Shown: positions 37,126 to 48,420 of the stretch, in pieces
Numbering within the stretch: position 1 is the stretch's first letter
Layout of the letters: every line of letters starts with the position of its first letter
DNA from: Mobula birostris
Taxonomy: Eukaryota
DNA length: 64,000 nucleotides
Assembly (NCBI RefSeq): GCF_030028105.1
Contig: NC_092375.1
Coordinates: 44,925,130 to 44,989,129, forward strand
Reading direction: 5' to 3'
Program-made: the position numbers and the translations under genes
The notes under the pieces: model-generated
Told to the model about the DNA's origin: nothing
The model's input: the letters and a program-made list of their open reading frames with translations, nothing else
The model's database searches: none

Positions 37126-37570
37126 ATGGTGCTGCTGGAGCTGACAGTCCCATGGGAAGATCGCTTGGAGGAGGCCTTTGAAAGGAAGCTCTCCAAGTAC
37201 GCAGGACTGGTCAGCAACTGTCAGCAGGCTGGATGGAGAGCGCGGTGTCTCCCAGTGGAGGTTGGTTGTAGGGGATTTGCAGCCCGTTCCTTAGTTAGAG
37301 CCTTCAGCATTTTGGGCATCGAGGGAGAGAGGAAGAGGAGAACCATCCGCAGTACCACCGATGCGGCAGAGAGGGCCTCAAGATGGCTGTGGCTCAAAAG
37401 AGGGGAGCCATGGAGTCTTAAGTAGCTAGCCATCTGGACACAAGCTGGGGTCTGATCAGCCTCGGCTGGGTCACCTGGAGGAGGTTGTATGATGTTGAAA
37501 GACCCGAAACACCCGATGATTCCAGGAACATCACTGAAGATGTGTCCAGAAGCATCAGTAGATGTATGTA
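37126..37570 (+). mobile_element. HERO-like (R2-group, restriction-like endonuclease) retrotransposon, 5'-truncated 3' end
   Basis: Open 99-aa ORF VLLELTVPWEDRLEEAFERKLSKY...CLPVEVGCRGF...AERASRWLWLKR, the typical REL-domain C-terminus (ELTVPWE, RK..KY, VEVG.RG), followed by a ~145-nt 3' UTR. Confidence 0.8.
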
Positions 37571-37711
37571 CACAGTGTTTGTTTTGATGTCTGCCAGTTT
37601 TCTCAATTTTTTTTTTAGCATTTTTCTCTCTTTTTATCTTTCTAATCTCTTGCTGTTATTTTTGTTAAATTACCAATTCTTCAGTCTACCACTAGCCCTT
37701 GCATTCTCATC

Positions 37712-37790
37712 CAAGGCTTCCAAACCTTTTTCATGCCATGGACCAATACCGTTAAGCAGGGGTCTATGGATCCCAGGTTGAGAACCCCTG
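37712..37790. mobile_element. ~80-bp hAT-type MITE, copy 3
   Basis: caaggcttccaaacct...atgccatggacc...aggggtctatggatcccaggttgagaacccctg. Confidence 0.7.
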
Positions 37791-38217
37791 CAGTCTTTCA
37801 TTTGGTATTTGCTTAATTGCTGGAGTTAACCACAGATTTCTCCCTTTCCTCCTGGGATCCCATTTTCATATTAGGGCAGTGGAAGCTCAGCAGAAATGTA
37901 TCCTATCATTTAGCTTATTCATTCAGTCAGTCCAGACCACTCTACCTTCATACCATTGTAATAAACATCATTTAGGCTGAGAACATTGGTTATGGATTCA
38001 GGGTACAGCATTGGTGCTGACTATTTGATCCACTTCAAGTTTATGCCAGCTGCCAAAAGAGCAAGATTCCAGACAATCACAAAAGCTTAGAAAATCTTAA
38101 ATTTCTATGTACCTTCCCAAACTCAATCTTACACAGAACCACACTTAGATGATTAATTTTGGTCCAGCACCATTAACCTGCTACAATCTTCAGTGCAAGG
38201 TAAAATCCAGGACTTAC

Positions 38218-38631
38218 CTGCTGTTTTAAAAGCGACAGCAATGGCATTTGAATAACTAGAAACGGCTTCAGACCACCTTCCATTTGCATCGGGAACCCAT
38301 GCCTGTACCATGCAGTAATAAGATCCTTCATCAGAAAATTGAGTCCTGTACAGCCGGAAACGGAATTCCTTGTCACTGACTTTTTCCAAAACTAGATCTT
38401 CTGGTTGGTGGTTAATATTCAATTGCTCCAGCTTTACCACTGAATCCCGACTCAATGAGATCAATTTTTTACTGTCCTTTGCTTCAGTGAAGGCTGGTTC
38501 ATTCATTGATACAACCACCGAATAATAAGGAACTTCAAGATGCTCTGCAGAAATGTTACATGTCATTTCAAAAGTGCTACCCTTTGTAGCTACTGGTTTT
38601 TCCTCTGTTGCTGTTATGCTTAGGCGTGGGT
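38218..38631 (-). CDS. PTGFRN: PTGFRN exon, Ig domain 5 (414 nt)
   Basis: ctcctcag|AC ... GCA G|gtaagt; GSTFEMTCNIS...YSV...ISLSRDSVVKLE...LVLEKVSDKEFRFRLYRTQFSDEGSYYCMVQAW. Closely resembles the recalled human PTGFRN GNTFEMTC...SLDQDSVVKLE...VLEKVQEDEFRYRMYQTQVSD. Confidence 0.93.
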
Positions 38632-39062
38632 CTGAGGAGTAGAAGGAGCATAAATATTAAATGCTGGTCGAGGCAACTTTTTCATGATCCCTAAGTAACG
38701 ACTCCTGAATGCCAAAGACTTCGTACACAATCATCTTAATCATTAATAATTCTACCACAGAGTCAGCACACAGTCCTCTGCATGTCATTTTTCCTAGCTC
38801 TCCCCAACTCACTCAGATGCTCATTGGGAAGGTGTAGAGGCCAGGCATATCTTTTAAAAACTGGCAGCATTAAAAAATGCGAAATAAGGATAAAATTAAC
38901 CTATGCTGATCCAGTTTAACAGTCTCAACAGAGCACAAAATCATTTATAAATAGTATTACGTCTGAAAAAAGTTACGAGAGTTATATTTATGGTGTATAG
39001 TTTCAGAGAAAATAACAGCATAGCACCTGATGTGAAGAACAAACTTCCTACAGAATTTTTAC

Positions 39063-39485
39063 CTTCAACTTTCCAGAACATATCAACACCGAGGGAAGAT
39101 GATTCCTGTTTCTTCAACCACGTATTTCCTCGTTGTTTAATCCAGGCAGAAACATTGCAAAAATATTCTCCTCGGTCAGACGCAGATGCATGCTGCACCT
39201 GAAACTTGAAAATATACAGCCTGGGCTTCATGAAAGTAATCTCTCCTTTTTCAGCTCGCTCATTATACTGATTGCTCACTTTTAGTGTCAAATCTTGACC
39301 CATCGTTGCTATTGGGACACTCACTCTGGCATCATCATCCGACCCATTTGGCTTGAAATACCAAGTCACATCTAATCTTGCATCATCTGTGTTTTGCAAA
39401 TCTAGCAATCGGCATTCAAACTCTGCTGGTTCTCCTGAGGAGCTGGGCAGCTTTATGGAGCTTAGGTGAACAGTATACGTAGGAT
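39063..39485 (-). CDS. PTGFRN: PTGFRN exon, Ig domain 4 (423 nt)
   Basis: ttcacag|AT ... GAA G|gtaaaa; GEPAEFECRL...LDVTWYF...FKFQVQHASASDRGEYFCNVSAWIK. Confidence 0.92.
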
Positions 39486-39934
39486 CTGTGAATATGATTA
39501 GAGTAAAAGTTACTTTTAACACTTAAATGCTAATTAACGTATCACAACCTATTTACAAGTGATCCTTTAGGTAATTTTATTGTTATTTCAGCTGTACTTG
39601 AATCAATAAACTGGTCATAAATTTGCCAGTTCTATGATGCTTGCACAAGAAATTTGAATTAGCCAAGAGATAAAGAAGTCACAAGATTTTCAGTACTATT
39701 AGTACAGTACTATTGCAAGTTGCTTGAAGCATTTCTTGTTAGTTACGAAAAACAAAAAAAAGTCAAGTATGGCACAAGCTGAAAAAACAATTCTAATTCA
39801 TATAACAATATATTAATGATAAATCTGTGGTTAAATTTGCACTATTAATCCTAGCTAGGTGCATACTATAATCTAGCTGTCACATTTAATTTGGTGCAAT
39901 CCATTCATGAATAAAATAATTTATACACATACGT

Positions 39935-40126
39935 GTTTTTGCAGATGCAGGAAATCCTGAGTAATGCACACAAACTGCTGAAGGAACTCAGCAGGTCAGG
40001 CGGCATCAATGGAAAGGAATAAAGAGCCAATGTTTTGGGCCAAGACCTGATGAAAGGTCTCCACCCAAAATGTTGACTAGATGCTGCCTGACCTGATGAG
40101 TTCCTCCAGCAGTTTGTACATGTAAC
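39935..40126. mobile_element. Fold-back (inverted) Penelope terminal-repeat insertion
   Basis: caaactgctgaaggaactcagcaggtcaggcggcatc ... gatgctgcctgacctgatgagttcctccagcagtttg; the centre contains ctgatga-aaggtctccaccc-aaaa. Confidence 0.8.
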
Positions 40127-40240
40127 AAAAACAACTCCCAACTTTAGACACTTTAGGCCTTAATAATTCTGGCACAATGAGGCTGAGACCTTGTTAAGAC
40201 AGAAATTCTCTTCTCCTTTCAACTTCCAGGTCCATATGTA

Positions 40241-40488
40241 CAGCTGAGGCAACGTGTTGTGTCCTTGAGCAAGGCACTTAATCACACATTGCTCTGTGAC
40301 GACACTGGTGCCAAGCTGTATGGGTCCTAATGCCCTTCCCTTGGACAACATTGGTGTCGTGGAGAGGGAAGACTTGCAGCATGGGCAACTGTTGGTCTTC
40401 CATACAAACTTGCCCTGGCCTACGCCCTGGAGAGTGAAGACTTTCCAGGCGCAGATCCATGGTCTTGCAAGACTAACGGATGCCTTTA
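40241..40488 (+). mobile_element. SINE (family not identified; longer copy of 16641-16843)
   Basis: gtgtccttgagcaaggcacttaatcacacattgctc central motif plus the ~200-bp tail shared with 16646-16842. Confidence 0.75.
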
Positions 40489-41006
40489 TGTACGTGTGAC
40501 ACGTTTGAGTATGGCATTAGTCAAGAATGTAGGGAAAAGACTCGGTTTACTTGGGGTACACAAAGGAGTTCTTTTCTTTCCCTTTGCTTATTAAATAAAC
40601 TGTTCAGATCCAGTGCTCACTGTAAAACAGGGAAAGCAAGGGTTACTAGTCAGGATTTGAATATCATATAAATTCAACCACACGATTGTAGTAGGCTCTC
40701 ACCAGGCAAGATTGTGCCTAAAAGATACATTCCTTTCAGACAAATGTTGGAATGCTCTTTCCACTGTATTGGCTTTGTTAAATCACAAGGAGTAAATAGG
40801 AAAACAAACACCCAACCCGTTCATAACGACAACCATTTGTTTACCTTTACAACATTAACTTCATTAAGTTCTATCATTTGAGTCCTGTAAAATGTAAAGT
40901 ATGTCAAGGAGTCACCTGCAATGAACACAAGGTTCTCCAACTTCATGTGATGTGGCTAATTATATCCAATTACTCATGCATGAAAAACAATGAAGAATGT
41001 AATTAC

Positions 41007-41375
41007 CTAGAAGTGCCACAGTGATATGGAGAGGATTAGAGGTTTTCTCTGCTGCTTTGATATATGGGGTCCAAACAGAGGCTGCACAGTAGTAATATCC
41101 ACTGTCTGATTCATCAGCTTGTAGCACTCTCAGTCTGTAGTCATTACTACTAATTTTGTTCAAGGTGATAAAGTTTGAATCGTTAACTATTGCTGCAAGA
41201 TTCATATGCACCAGAAGTTTCCCGCTTTGAGTGTCAACTGCTGGAGATGTGCTGGCATACCAGCTGACCTCAACACCAAAGTCTTCAGCACCTGTTACTG
41301 TGCAGACCAGATCAATCTCATCACCTTTGTTCAAAGTGAGCATCCTCCCACTTGCAGAGACATTTAGAGTCTGGG
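41007..41375 (-). CDS. PTGFRN: PTGFRN exon, Ig domain 3 (369 nt)
   Basis: atattacag|CC ... CTA G|gtaatt; GDEIDLVCTV...VEVSWY...YRLRVLQADESDSGYYYCAASVW. Confidence 0.92.
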
Positions 41376-42005
41376 CTGTAATATAAAAATCATATTCTTT
41401 ATTAAGATTTTTCCCATGAGTATTCCAAAAATCAACAGTCCTATTGTTTCAAAAACTTTGTAGCAGAGAAATGAGATCACCCATGAGGCGCCTCAGCAGT
41501 AACTGATAAAAAAAACAGAAGCTTGTTTGCACTGAACTAGATTTGCATTTGAGCATCTGTCTTATAAACTAAATACCCATCTCCTTTTCCCAGCTTTTGA
41601 ACTTTTTCCAATGTTGATACCAGCAATAAATTACCTGAGAGCAATCCAGAGGAATCTCCTGATTGCCATATCAATCACCAATTTAAAAAGTGACTCAATT
41701 CTGTAAAAAGTGTCTTCTTGCTCTCTGACTTAATCTTTCCATGTGTAATCCACTTTTGGATCTGTGTCTTGATTCTGAGATATAATTTGCAAAAACATAT
41801 TTATCTCCTAAAGAATACCTTTCAAGTTTTGAGCAGTTGCTAAAATTAATTATTTAACGTGCATCTTGCTTTCAAAGCCTTTGGTATCAACTGCATCCAA
41901 AATGCTGGTCCATTAAGCAAAATAGAGGATAGATATTCAGTGCTATTTGCATTAAGATCAAACCCATTCTAAATAAGAGATTTATTATGAATATGATCTA
42001 CCTAC

Positions 42006-42425
42006 CTAATGACTGAACGCCAATCGTTGCAATGTTTGTACTTTTCTCCTGAATTTTTTTCCAGCTGGAGCCACCATCCTTGACCCACTCTGCCGCCACA
42101 CAAGAGTATACGCCACTGTCCTCAAGCTGCAGGTGGTCAACAAAGAGCTTAAAAATGCCGTTTCTTTCCAGGCCCATTCTAATATCGCCCTGCTGATACC
42201 TAGCTGCGTACGAACCGCCAGGCAGGAACTGATCGTTAGTGAAAGACAGAATGTCTTCTCTCACACCTCCATTTTTTGTCAGCTGCCATGTGACAGAAAG
42301 ATGGGTAGAAACAGATGATGTTGTTGTTGCAACACACTGAAGTTCCAGGGCCTTCCCTTCGGTGTAGTTCCTTTTCGGCAGACTTCTGGACTTTGCAGGT
42401 GATACAGTAAGTTTATCAGGAATCA
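42006..42425 (-). CDS. PTGFRN: PTGFRN exon, Ig domain 2 (420 nt)
   Basis: tttatcag|TG ... TTA G|gtaggt; EGKALELQC...THLSVTW...ARYQQGDIR...DSGVYSCVAAEWV...WKKIQEK (EWI-like motif). Confidence 0.93.
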
Positions 42426-42639
42426 CTGATAAAGAAATACACCATGATTACTCACAGAGGGAAAAAAAACACTAGAACGTTTAAACCGGCATTATATTTA
42501 TGTAAAAATCAGAACCTGTTCTGATGTCTTACCAACAACCGCTGGTTCACATACCTGACAGCCAACTGTAAAACTGTAAGTCTCTCATCAAACCTTTTGT
42601 ATGAAATTGTTAAATGAATGGTTGTAACTATTTTGGCTT

Positions 42640-43625
42640 ATGATTAAAGCTCGAGCTCTTGTGACTCGGTGTGCTGCAGGGATCAATGCTGCATCCATTA
42701 TTGTTTAGCAGCTATATTAACGATTTTGATGATTATGTGGTGAACTAGATTTGCAGATGATATCAAGAATGGAGGCATAGTAGATAGTGAGGAAGCCAAT
42801 CAAAGCTTGCAGCTTGATCTCTACCAGATGGAAAAATGGGCTGAAAAGTGACAGATGGAATTTAATGCAAACAAGTGTGAGGCATTGCACTTTAAAAGGA
42901 CAAACCAGGGTAGGGTTGCAAAGTGAATGGCAAGTCTCTGAGATCCGTCATTAAATAGGGGGACCTGTGAGCACCTATTCATACTTCCTTGAAGGTGCCA
43001 TCACACGTAGATAGTGTCATAAAGAGAGCTTTTAGCACATTGGCCTTCATAAATCAGGGTATTGAATAGAGGAGTTGGGATGTAACGCTGAGTTGTACAA
43101 GACATCGGAGTATTATGTATAGTTCTGGTCATCTACCTCCAGGAAATATATCAATAACCTTGAAAGAGTGCAGAAAAAAGTTACAAGGATGTTGCCGGCA
43201 CTTGGGGACCAGAATTATAGGGCAAGGTTGAATATATTAGGATTTTATTCCCTGGAGCATATGAGAATGAATGAGTTCTTAAAGGAGTATACAAAATCAT
43301 GAGGGGTATAGAAAGGCATGCAGGCATTTTCCCTCAAGTTAGGCGAGTCTAGGACTAGAGGTCATAGGTCAAAGGGGAAATATTATGGGGAATCAGAGGG
43401 GAATCATCTTCATTCAGAGGGTGTTGAGTGTAGAACGAGCTGCCAGCAGAAGTGAAAGATGAGGGTTCAACTGTAACACTTAACAGAAGGTTGGACAGGT
43501 ACATGGATGAGAGGACTAGGGTCTGGGTGCAGCTAGTTGGGAACTAGGTAGAAAAAACAATCAGCACAGACAAATTGGTCCTAAGGTCTTATTTCTGTGC
43601 TGTAGTGTTCGATGATGCTATAATG
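42640..43625 (+). mobile_element. CR1 RT C-terminal to 3' end fragment
   Basis: QMEKWAEK.QMEFNANKCEALHF.RTNQ-like segment; CR1 tail ctgtgctgtagtgttc at ~43600. Confidence 0.75.
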
Positions 43626-44020
43626 TGAGCAGCAAAAGGAAGCAGAGATAAGATGAGGAAGAATACCACATACTCAACAACACTTCAGGATACAGACTGT
43701 TTAACAGAATGAAGAATAGATATATATTCAAAAAGCATCTTGTAAAGAGAGATCAGCTTGCTAGATCTGTTTGGAAAGTTGGCAGGTGACACGACAAGGA
43801 TATATAAAATTATGAGAGGTGTGTTAGCGTGGATAGCCAGATTTCACTTCCCATGGTCGGGGTGTCTAAAACTATAGGGTGACGAGAGGAAGGATGTTTA
43901 AAGAAATTTGGCTGGGTAAATGATTCATATCAAGTGTAGCTGGTCTCCGGAATGAACTGCCAGATGAGGTGGTGAAAGCAGGAACAGCAACCTTTAAGAG
44001 GCACCTAGACAGGTATTTAA

Positions 44021-45675
44021 GCAACACACATCAAAGTTGCTGGTGAACGCAGCAGGCCAGGCAGCATCTCTAGGAAGAGGTGCAGTCGACGTTTCAGGCC
44101 GAGACCCTTCGTCAGGACGAACTGAAGGAAGAGTGAGTAAGGGATTTGAAAGTTGGAGGGTGAGGGGGAGATCCAAAATGATAGGAGAAGACAGGAGGGG
44201 GAGGGATGGAGCCAAGAGCTGGACAGGTGATTGGCAAAAGGGGATACGAGAGGATCATGGGACAGGAGGTCCGGAAAGAAAGACAAGGGGGGGGGGACCC
44301 AGAGGATGGGCAAGAGGTATATTCAGAGGGACAGAGGGAGAAAAAGGAGAGTGAGAGAAAGAATGTGTGCATAAAAATAAGTAACAGATGGGGTACGAGG
44401 GGGAGGTGGGGCCTAGCGGAAGTTAGAGAAGTCGATGTTCATGCCGTCAGGTTGGAGGCTACCCAGACAGAATATAAGGTGTTGTTCCTCCAACCTGAGT
44501 GTGGCTTCATCTTTACAGTAGAGGAGGCCGTGGATAGACATGTCAGAATGGGAATGGGATGTGGAATTAAAATGTGTGGCCACTGGGAGATCCTGCTTTC
44601 TCTGGCGGACAGAGCGTAGATGTTCAGCAAAGCGGTCTCCCAATCTGCGTCGGGTCTCGCCAATATATAAAAGGCCACATTGGGAGCACCGGACGCAGTA
44701 TATCACCCCAGTCGACTCACAGGTGAAGTGTTGCCTCACCTGGAAGGACTGTTTGGGGCCCTGAATGGTGGTAAGGGAGGAAGTGTAAGGGCATGTGTAG
44801 CACTTGTTCCACTTACACGGATAAGTGCCAGGAGGGAGATCAGTGGGGAGGGATGGGGGGGACGAATGGACAAGGGAGTTGTGTAGGGAGCGATCCCTGC
44901 GGAATGCAGAGAGAGGGGGAGAGGGAAAGATGTGCTTAGTGGTGGGATCCCGTTGGAGGGGGCGGAAGTTACGGAGAATAATATGTTGGACCCGGAGGCT
45001 GGTGGGGTGGTAGGTGAGGACCAGGGGAACCCTATTCCTAGTGGGGTGGCGGGAGGATGGAGTGAGAGCAGATGTACGTGAAATGGGGGAGATGCGTTTA
45101 AGAGCAGAGTTGATAGTGGAGGAAGGGAAGCCCCTTTCTTTAAAAAATGAAGACATCTCCCTCGTCCTAGAATGAAAAGCCTCATCCTGAGAGCAGATGC
45201 GGCGGAGACGGAGGAATTGCGAGAAGGGGATGGCGTTTTTGCAAGAGACAGGATGAGAAGAGGAATAGTCCAGATAGCTGTGAGAGTCAGTAGGCTTATA
45301 GTAGACATCAGTGGATAAGCTGTCTCCAGAGACAGGGACAGAAAGATCTAGAAAGGGGAGGGAGGTGTCTGAAATGGACCAGGTAAACTTGAGAGCAGTG
45401 TGAAAGTTGGAGGCAAAGTTAATAAAGTCAATGAGTTCTGCATGCGTGCAGGAAGCAGCGCCAATGCAGTCGTCGATGTAGCGAAGGAAAAGTGGGGGAC
45501 AGGTACCAGAATAGGCACGGAACATAGATTGTTCCACAAACCCAACAAAAAGGCAGGCATAGCTAGGACCCATATAGGTGCCCATAGCTACACCTTTAGT
45601 TTGGAGGAAGTGGGAGGAGCCAAAGGAGAAATTATTAAGAGTAAGGACTAATTCCGCTAGACGGAGCAGAGTGGT
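44021..45675 (-). mobile_element. Young Penelope-like element (RT + GIY-YIG endonuclease), 5'-truncated, 9-bp TSD
   Basis: ORF 44413-45585 is uninterrupted and extends upstream as LAELVLTLNNFSF...KGVAMG. RT motifs AMG...P.YA.LF and LRYIDD; GIY-YIG VIYCVRC..C.LLYIGET.RRL..RF.EH. ggtatttaa at 44012-44020 and 45676-45684. Confidence 0.95.
44083..44118 (-). ncRNA. Minimal type I hammerhead ribozyme motif in the PLE 3' terminus
   Basis: Minus strand GUC-CUGACGA-A-GGG-UCUCGG-CCU-GAAA-CGUC^GACUG: CUGANGA core at 44115-44109, GAAA at 44095-44092, palindromic ACGU stem III, GUC cleavage triplet, 3-bp stem I. Activity not demonstrated. Confidence 0.75.
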
Positions 45676-45787
45676 GGTATTTAACTGATCAGGGCACAGA
45701 GGAGTATAGAATTAATGCAGGCAAGTGAAACCATGAACATAGTGGGCTGTAAGTCCTGGTTTTATGTGGCTAAGCTCCATAAAACTA

Positions 45788-46002
45788 TTGTCATTGTTGT
45801 TTCTTTTCACACCTTGCAGCACATTGGGCAACATTTTTTGACGTTTCCTTAGGATTTGTCTGTTTTATTTATTAAAAGGCTGAGTTGCTAGCTTAACACT
45901 CAACCCAGCATGGATGGAAAGCAGGCAAGGGCTCGGCCGGATTCGAACCTGGGACAATTTGTCTCAAAGTCCAGTGCTCTTACCACTACGCCACCAGCCG
46001 GT
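45788..46002 (-). mobile_element. tRNA-derived SINE
   Basis: Minus strand begins ccggctggTGGCGTAGTGGtaag...GGTTCGAATCC (A and B boxes); flanking direct repeat tccataaaacta / tccataactcta (10/12). Confidence 0.8.
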
Positions 46003-46904
46003 TCCATAACTCTATAGGAACAGGTAAAAACCGTAAGGAGAAAACATTACAACAGGATGGGTAATCAAGCGGTGGGAATACCTCTAAATAGTTCAAGTTC
46101 AATTGTTAGTCAATCATGCATGCACATGTATACAGCTAAATGAAACTGTTTCTTCAGGGCAGAAGTGAAAAACACTGCGCAGACAGTCACAAAAATAACA
46201 GCACAAGTGCCTGAGAAGCATGTCTGACGATTGATGGTGCATGGGATGTTGTAATGAGTTCTCTTTAGCTGTAGACAATCAAATTAGCCAGCCTCAGTTT
46301 GTAATTGACTTAGTATATCTCTCTCTCTTTTAAGTTATCTGACCTACTGGGCAAGTTTTAGCTTGGGAGTAGCTTTCAATGGAGACAGAGGACATGAGAC
46401 CAAACTATTCCAGGGTCGATGAACTGCAACTCTGTTGCATTTCAGATTGCACAATTTTGACGCAGCTCCATAACAACATCAAAAGTAACCTTACTCGATT
46501 TCAGGGACACAACTCAGGTTCAGAGGAACAAAAACACAGATCAGGTGGCATTCTACAGGGTGGGTGTACAAAGCAGTGCACAAATAGTACAAGGAGAGAA
46601 ATCAGCCACATCTGAATTGAATCTCAACAAAGCAATTCAAGTGAAGAGCCCAGAGGGCTGAACCTCAGGTGCTGAATATGGCGAATGAGTAGGGAACTCA
46701 AATAAACAACCCATTCTCCATGTCAGGTACACAATTAAGTCAATTTATACAGTAACAAAGTCTACCTAGCTTGTCCAAGAGAAACAAAGACAAACATGCC
46801 CACACAGGGAAGACACAAAAGAAGCCTTTATTTACAGGATGAAAGCTATAAACTGAATCTGCTGACTTCTTTCCCTGATTTAGCTGGATTCACTCATCTA
46901 TTGT

Positions 46905-47065
46905 CTAATAAAAGATAAAGATTAGCTTTATTTGTCACATGTACATTGAAGCATACTTTGAAATGCACCATTTGCACCAGATCAAGTTTGTACCCGGAGG
47001 AAACCCACTCAGTCACAGGGAGAAGATACAAGCTCCTTACAGACAGTGACAGGAATTGAACTCCG
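46905..47065 (-). mobile_element. V-SINE (HE1-like) fragment
   Basis: cccggaggaaacccactcagtcacagggagaag is the reverse complement of the V-domain motif seen at 48220-48260. Confidence 0.6.
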
Positions 47066-47069
47066 ATCT

Positions 47070-47870
47070 AAGAACATAGAAATCTACAGCACATTACAGG
47101 CCCTTCAGTCCACAATGTTGTGCCAACTATGTAACCTACTCTAGAAACTGCCTAGAATTTCCCTACTGCATCGCCCTCTATTTTTCTAAGCATGTACCCA
47201 TCTAGGAGTCTCTTAAAAGACCTATTGTATCCGCCACGACCACCGTTGCTGGCAGTGCATTCCACGCACTCACCACTCTCTGAGTGGAAGAACTTACCTC
47301 TGACATCCCCTCTGTACCTGTGTACCTACTTCCAAGCACCTCAAAACTATGCCCCCTCGCGTTACGTCATTTCAGCCTTGGGGAAAAAAGCCTCCGGCTG
47401 TCCACATTAGGAACCCTAATGTCTGTCATCAACTTATACACCTCAATCAGGTCACCTCTCATCCTTCGTTGCTCCAAGGAGAAAAGATCAAGTTCACTCA
47501 ACCCATTCTCATAAGGTACGCTCTCCAATCCAGGCAACATCCTTGTGAATCCCTTCTGCACTCTTTCTATAGTATCCACATCCTTCCTGTAGTGAGGTGA
47601 CCAAAACTGAACATAGTACTCTGTGGGATCTAACTGAGATCTTATATTGCTGTAACATTACCTCATGGCTTTTGAACTCAGTCCCAAGGCTGATGAAGGC
47701 CATCACACCTTACACCTTCTTAACAACACTGTTAACCTGCTCAGCAGCTTTGAGTGTCCTTTCGACATGGAACCCAAGATCTTTCTGATCTTCCACACAG
47801 CCAACAGTCTTATCATTAATATTATATTCTGCCTTCAAATTTGACCTACTGAAATGAACCACTTCACACT
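47070..47870 (-). mobile_element. CR1 3' fragment
   Basis: DTIERVQKGFTRMLPGLESVPYENGLSELDLFSLEQRRMRGDLIEVYK; tail aacatagaaatctacagcac. Confidence 0.9.
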
Positions 47871-48122
47871 TACCTTGCTGTGAAGTGTTGCACTAAACAC
47901 TGCGCTACTGTGCTGCCTTCATTGAAGATTAGCGGGGTAAAGCCATTGATGAATACCAATGAATGATAAACCAATGAAGATTTTGTGACCTGGCTTTGAG
48001 TAACAGTTATCCCAATTCTAACTAAATCTGAAAAGGCAAACAGAGCAGAAGAAAGAAAGAAGTCGGTCGAAAGCAAAGTTATTGGGAATACTGAGCACGT
48101 CAGGTAGCATCCATAGAGAGCC

Positions 48123-48420
48123 ACTGTAGTAAAGTGGGTAGCATGACGCAGTTACAGCTTGCCGCATCGAAGTTCAGAGTTCAATTCTGGCTTCCACTGG
48201 AAAGAGTTTATATGCCCTCCCTGTGATATGCATGGGTTTCCTCCGCGTGCTCCAGTTTCCTTGCATAGTCCAAAAGTACCACTGGTTAGTAGGTTGATTG
48301 ATGATTGTTAATTGTCCAGTGATTAAACTAGAGTTAAAATAGGTGGGTTTCTGGGAGGCGCAGCTCATATTGGACCAGAAGGGCCGGATCTGTGCTGCTC
48401 TCTAAATAAACAAATAAATA
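48123..48420 (+). mobile_element. V-SINE (HE1-like), near full length
   Basis: Degenerate A/B boxes (tagtaaagtgg, agttcaattc); V-domain gcatgggtttcctccgcgtgctccagtttcc...agtccaaa; CR1-like tail gaagggccggatctgtgctg and (AAAT)n. Confidence 0.8.

Larger units (their letters stand above)
43775..45730 (+). mobile_element. Short CR1 3' fragment split by the Penelope insertion at 44021-45675
   Basis: ...gcacctagacaggtatttaa | (after insert) ...cagggcacagaggagtatagaattaatgcaggc continues a CR1 3' end. Confidence 0.7.
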
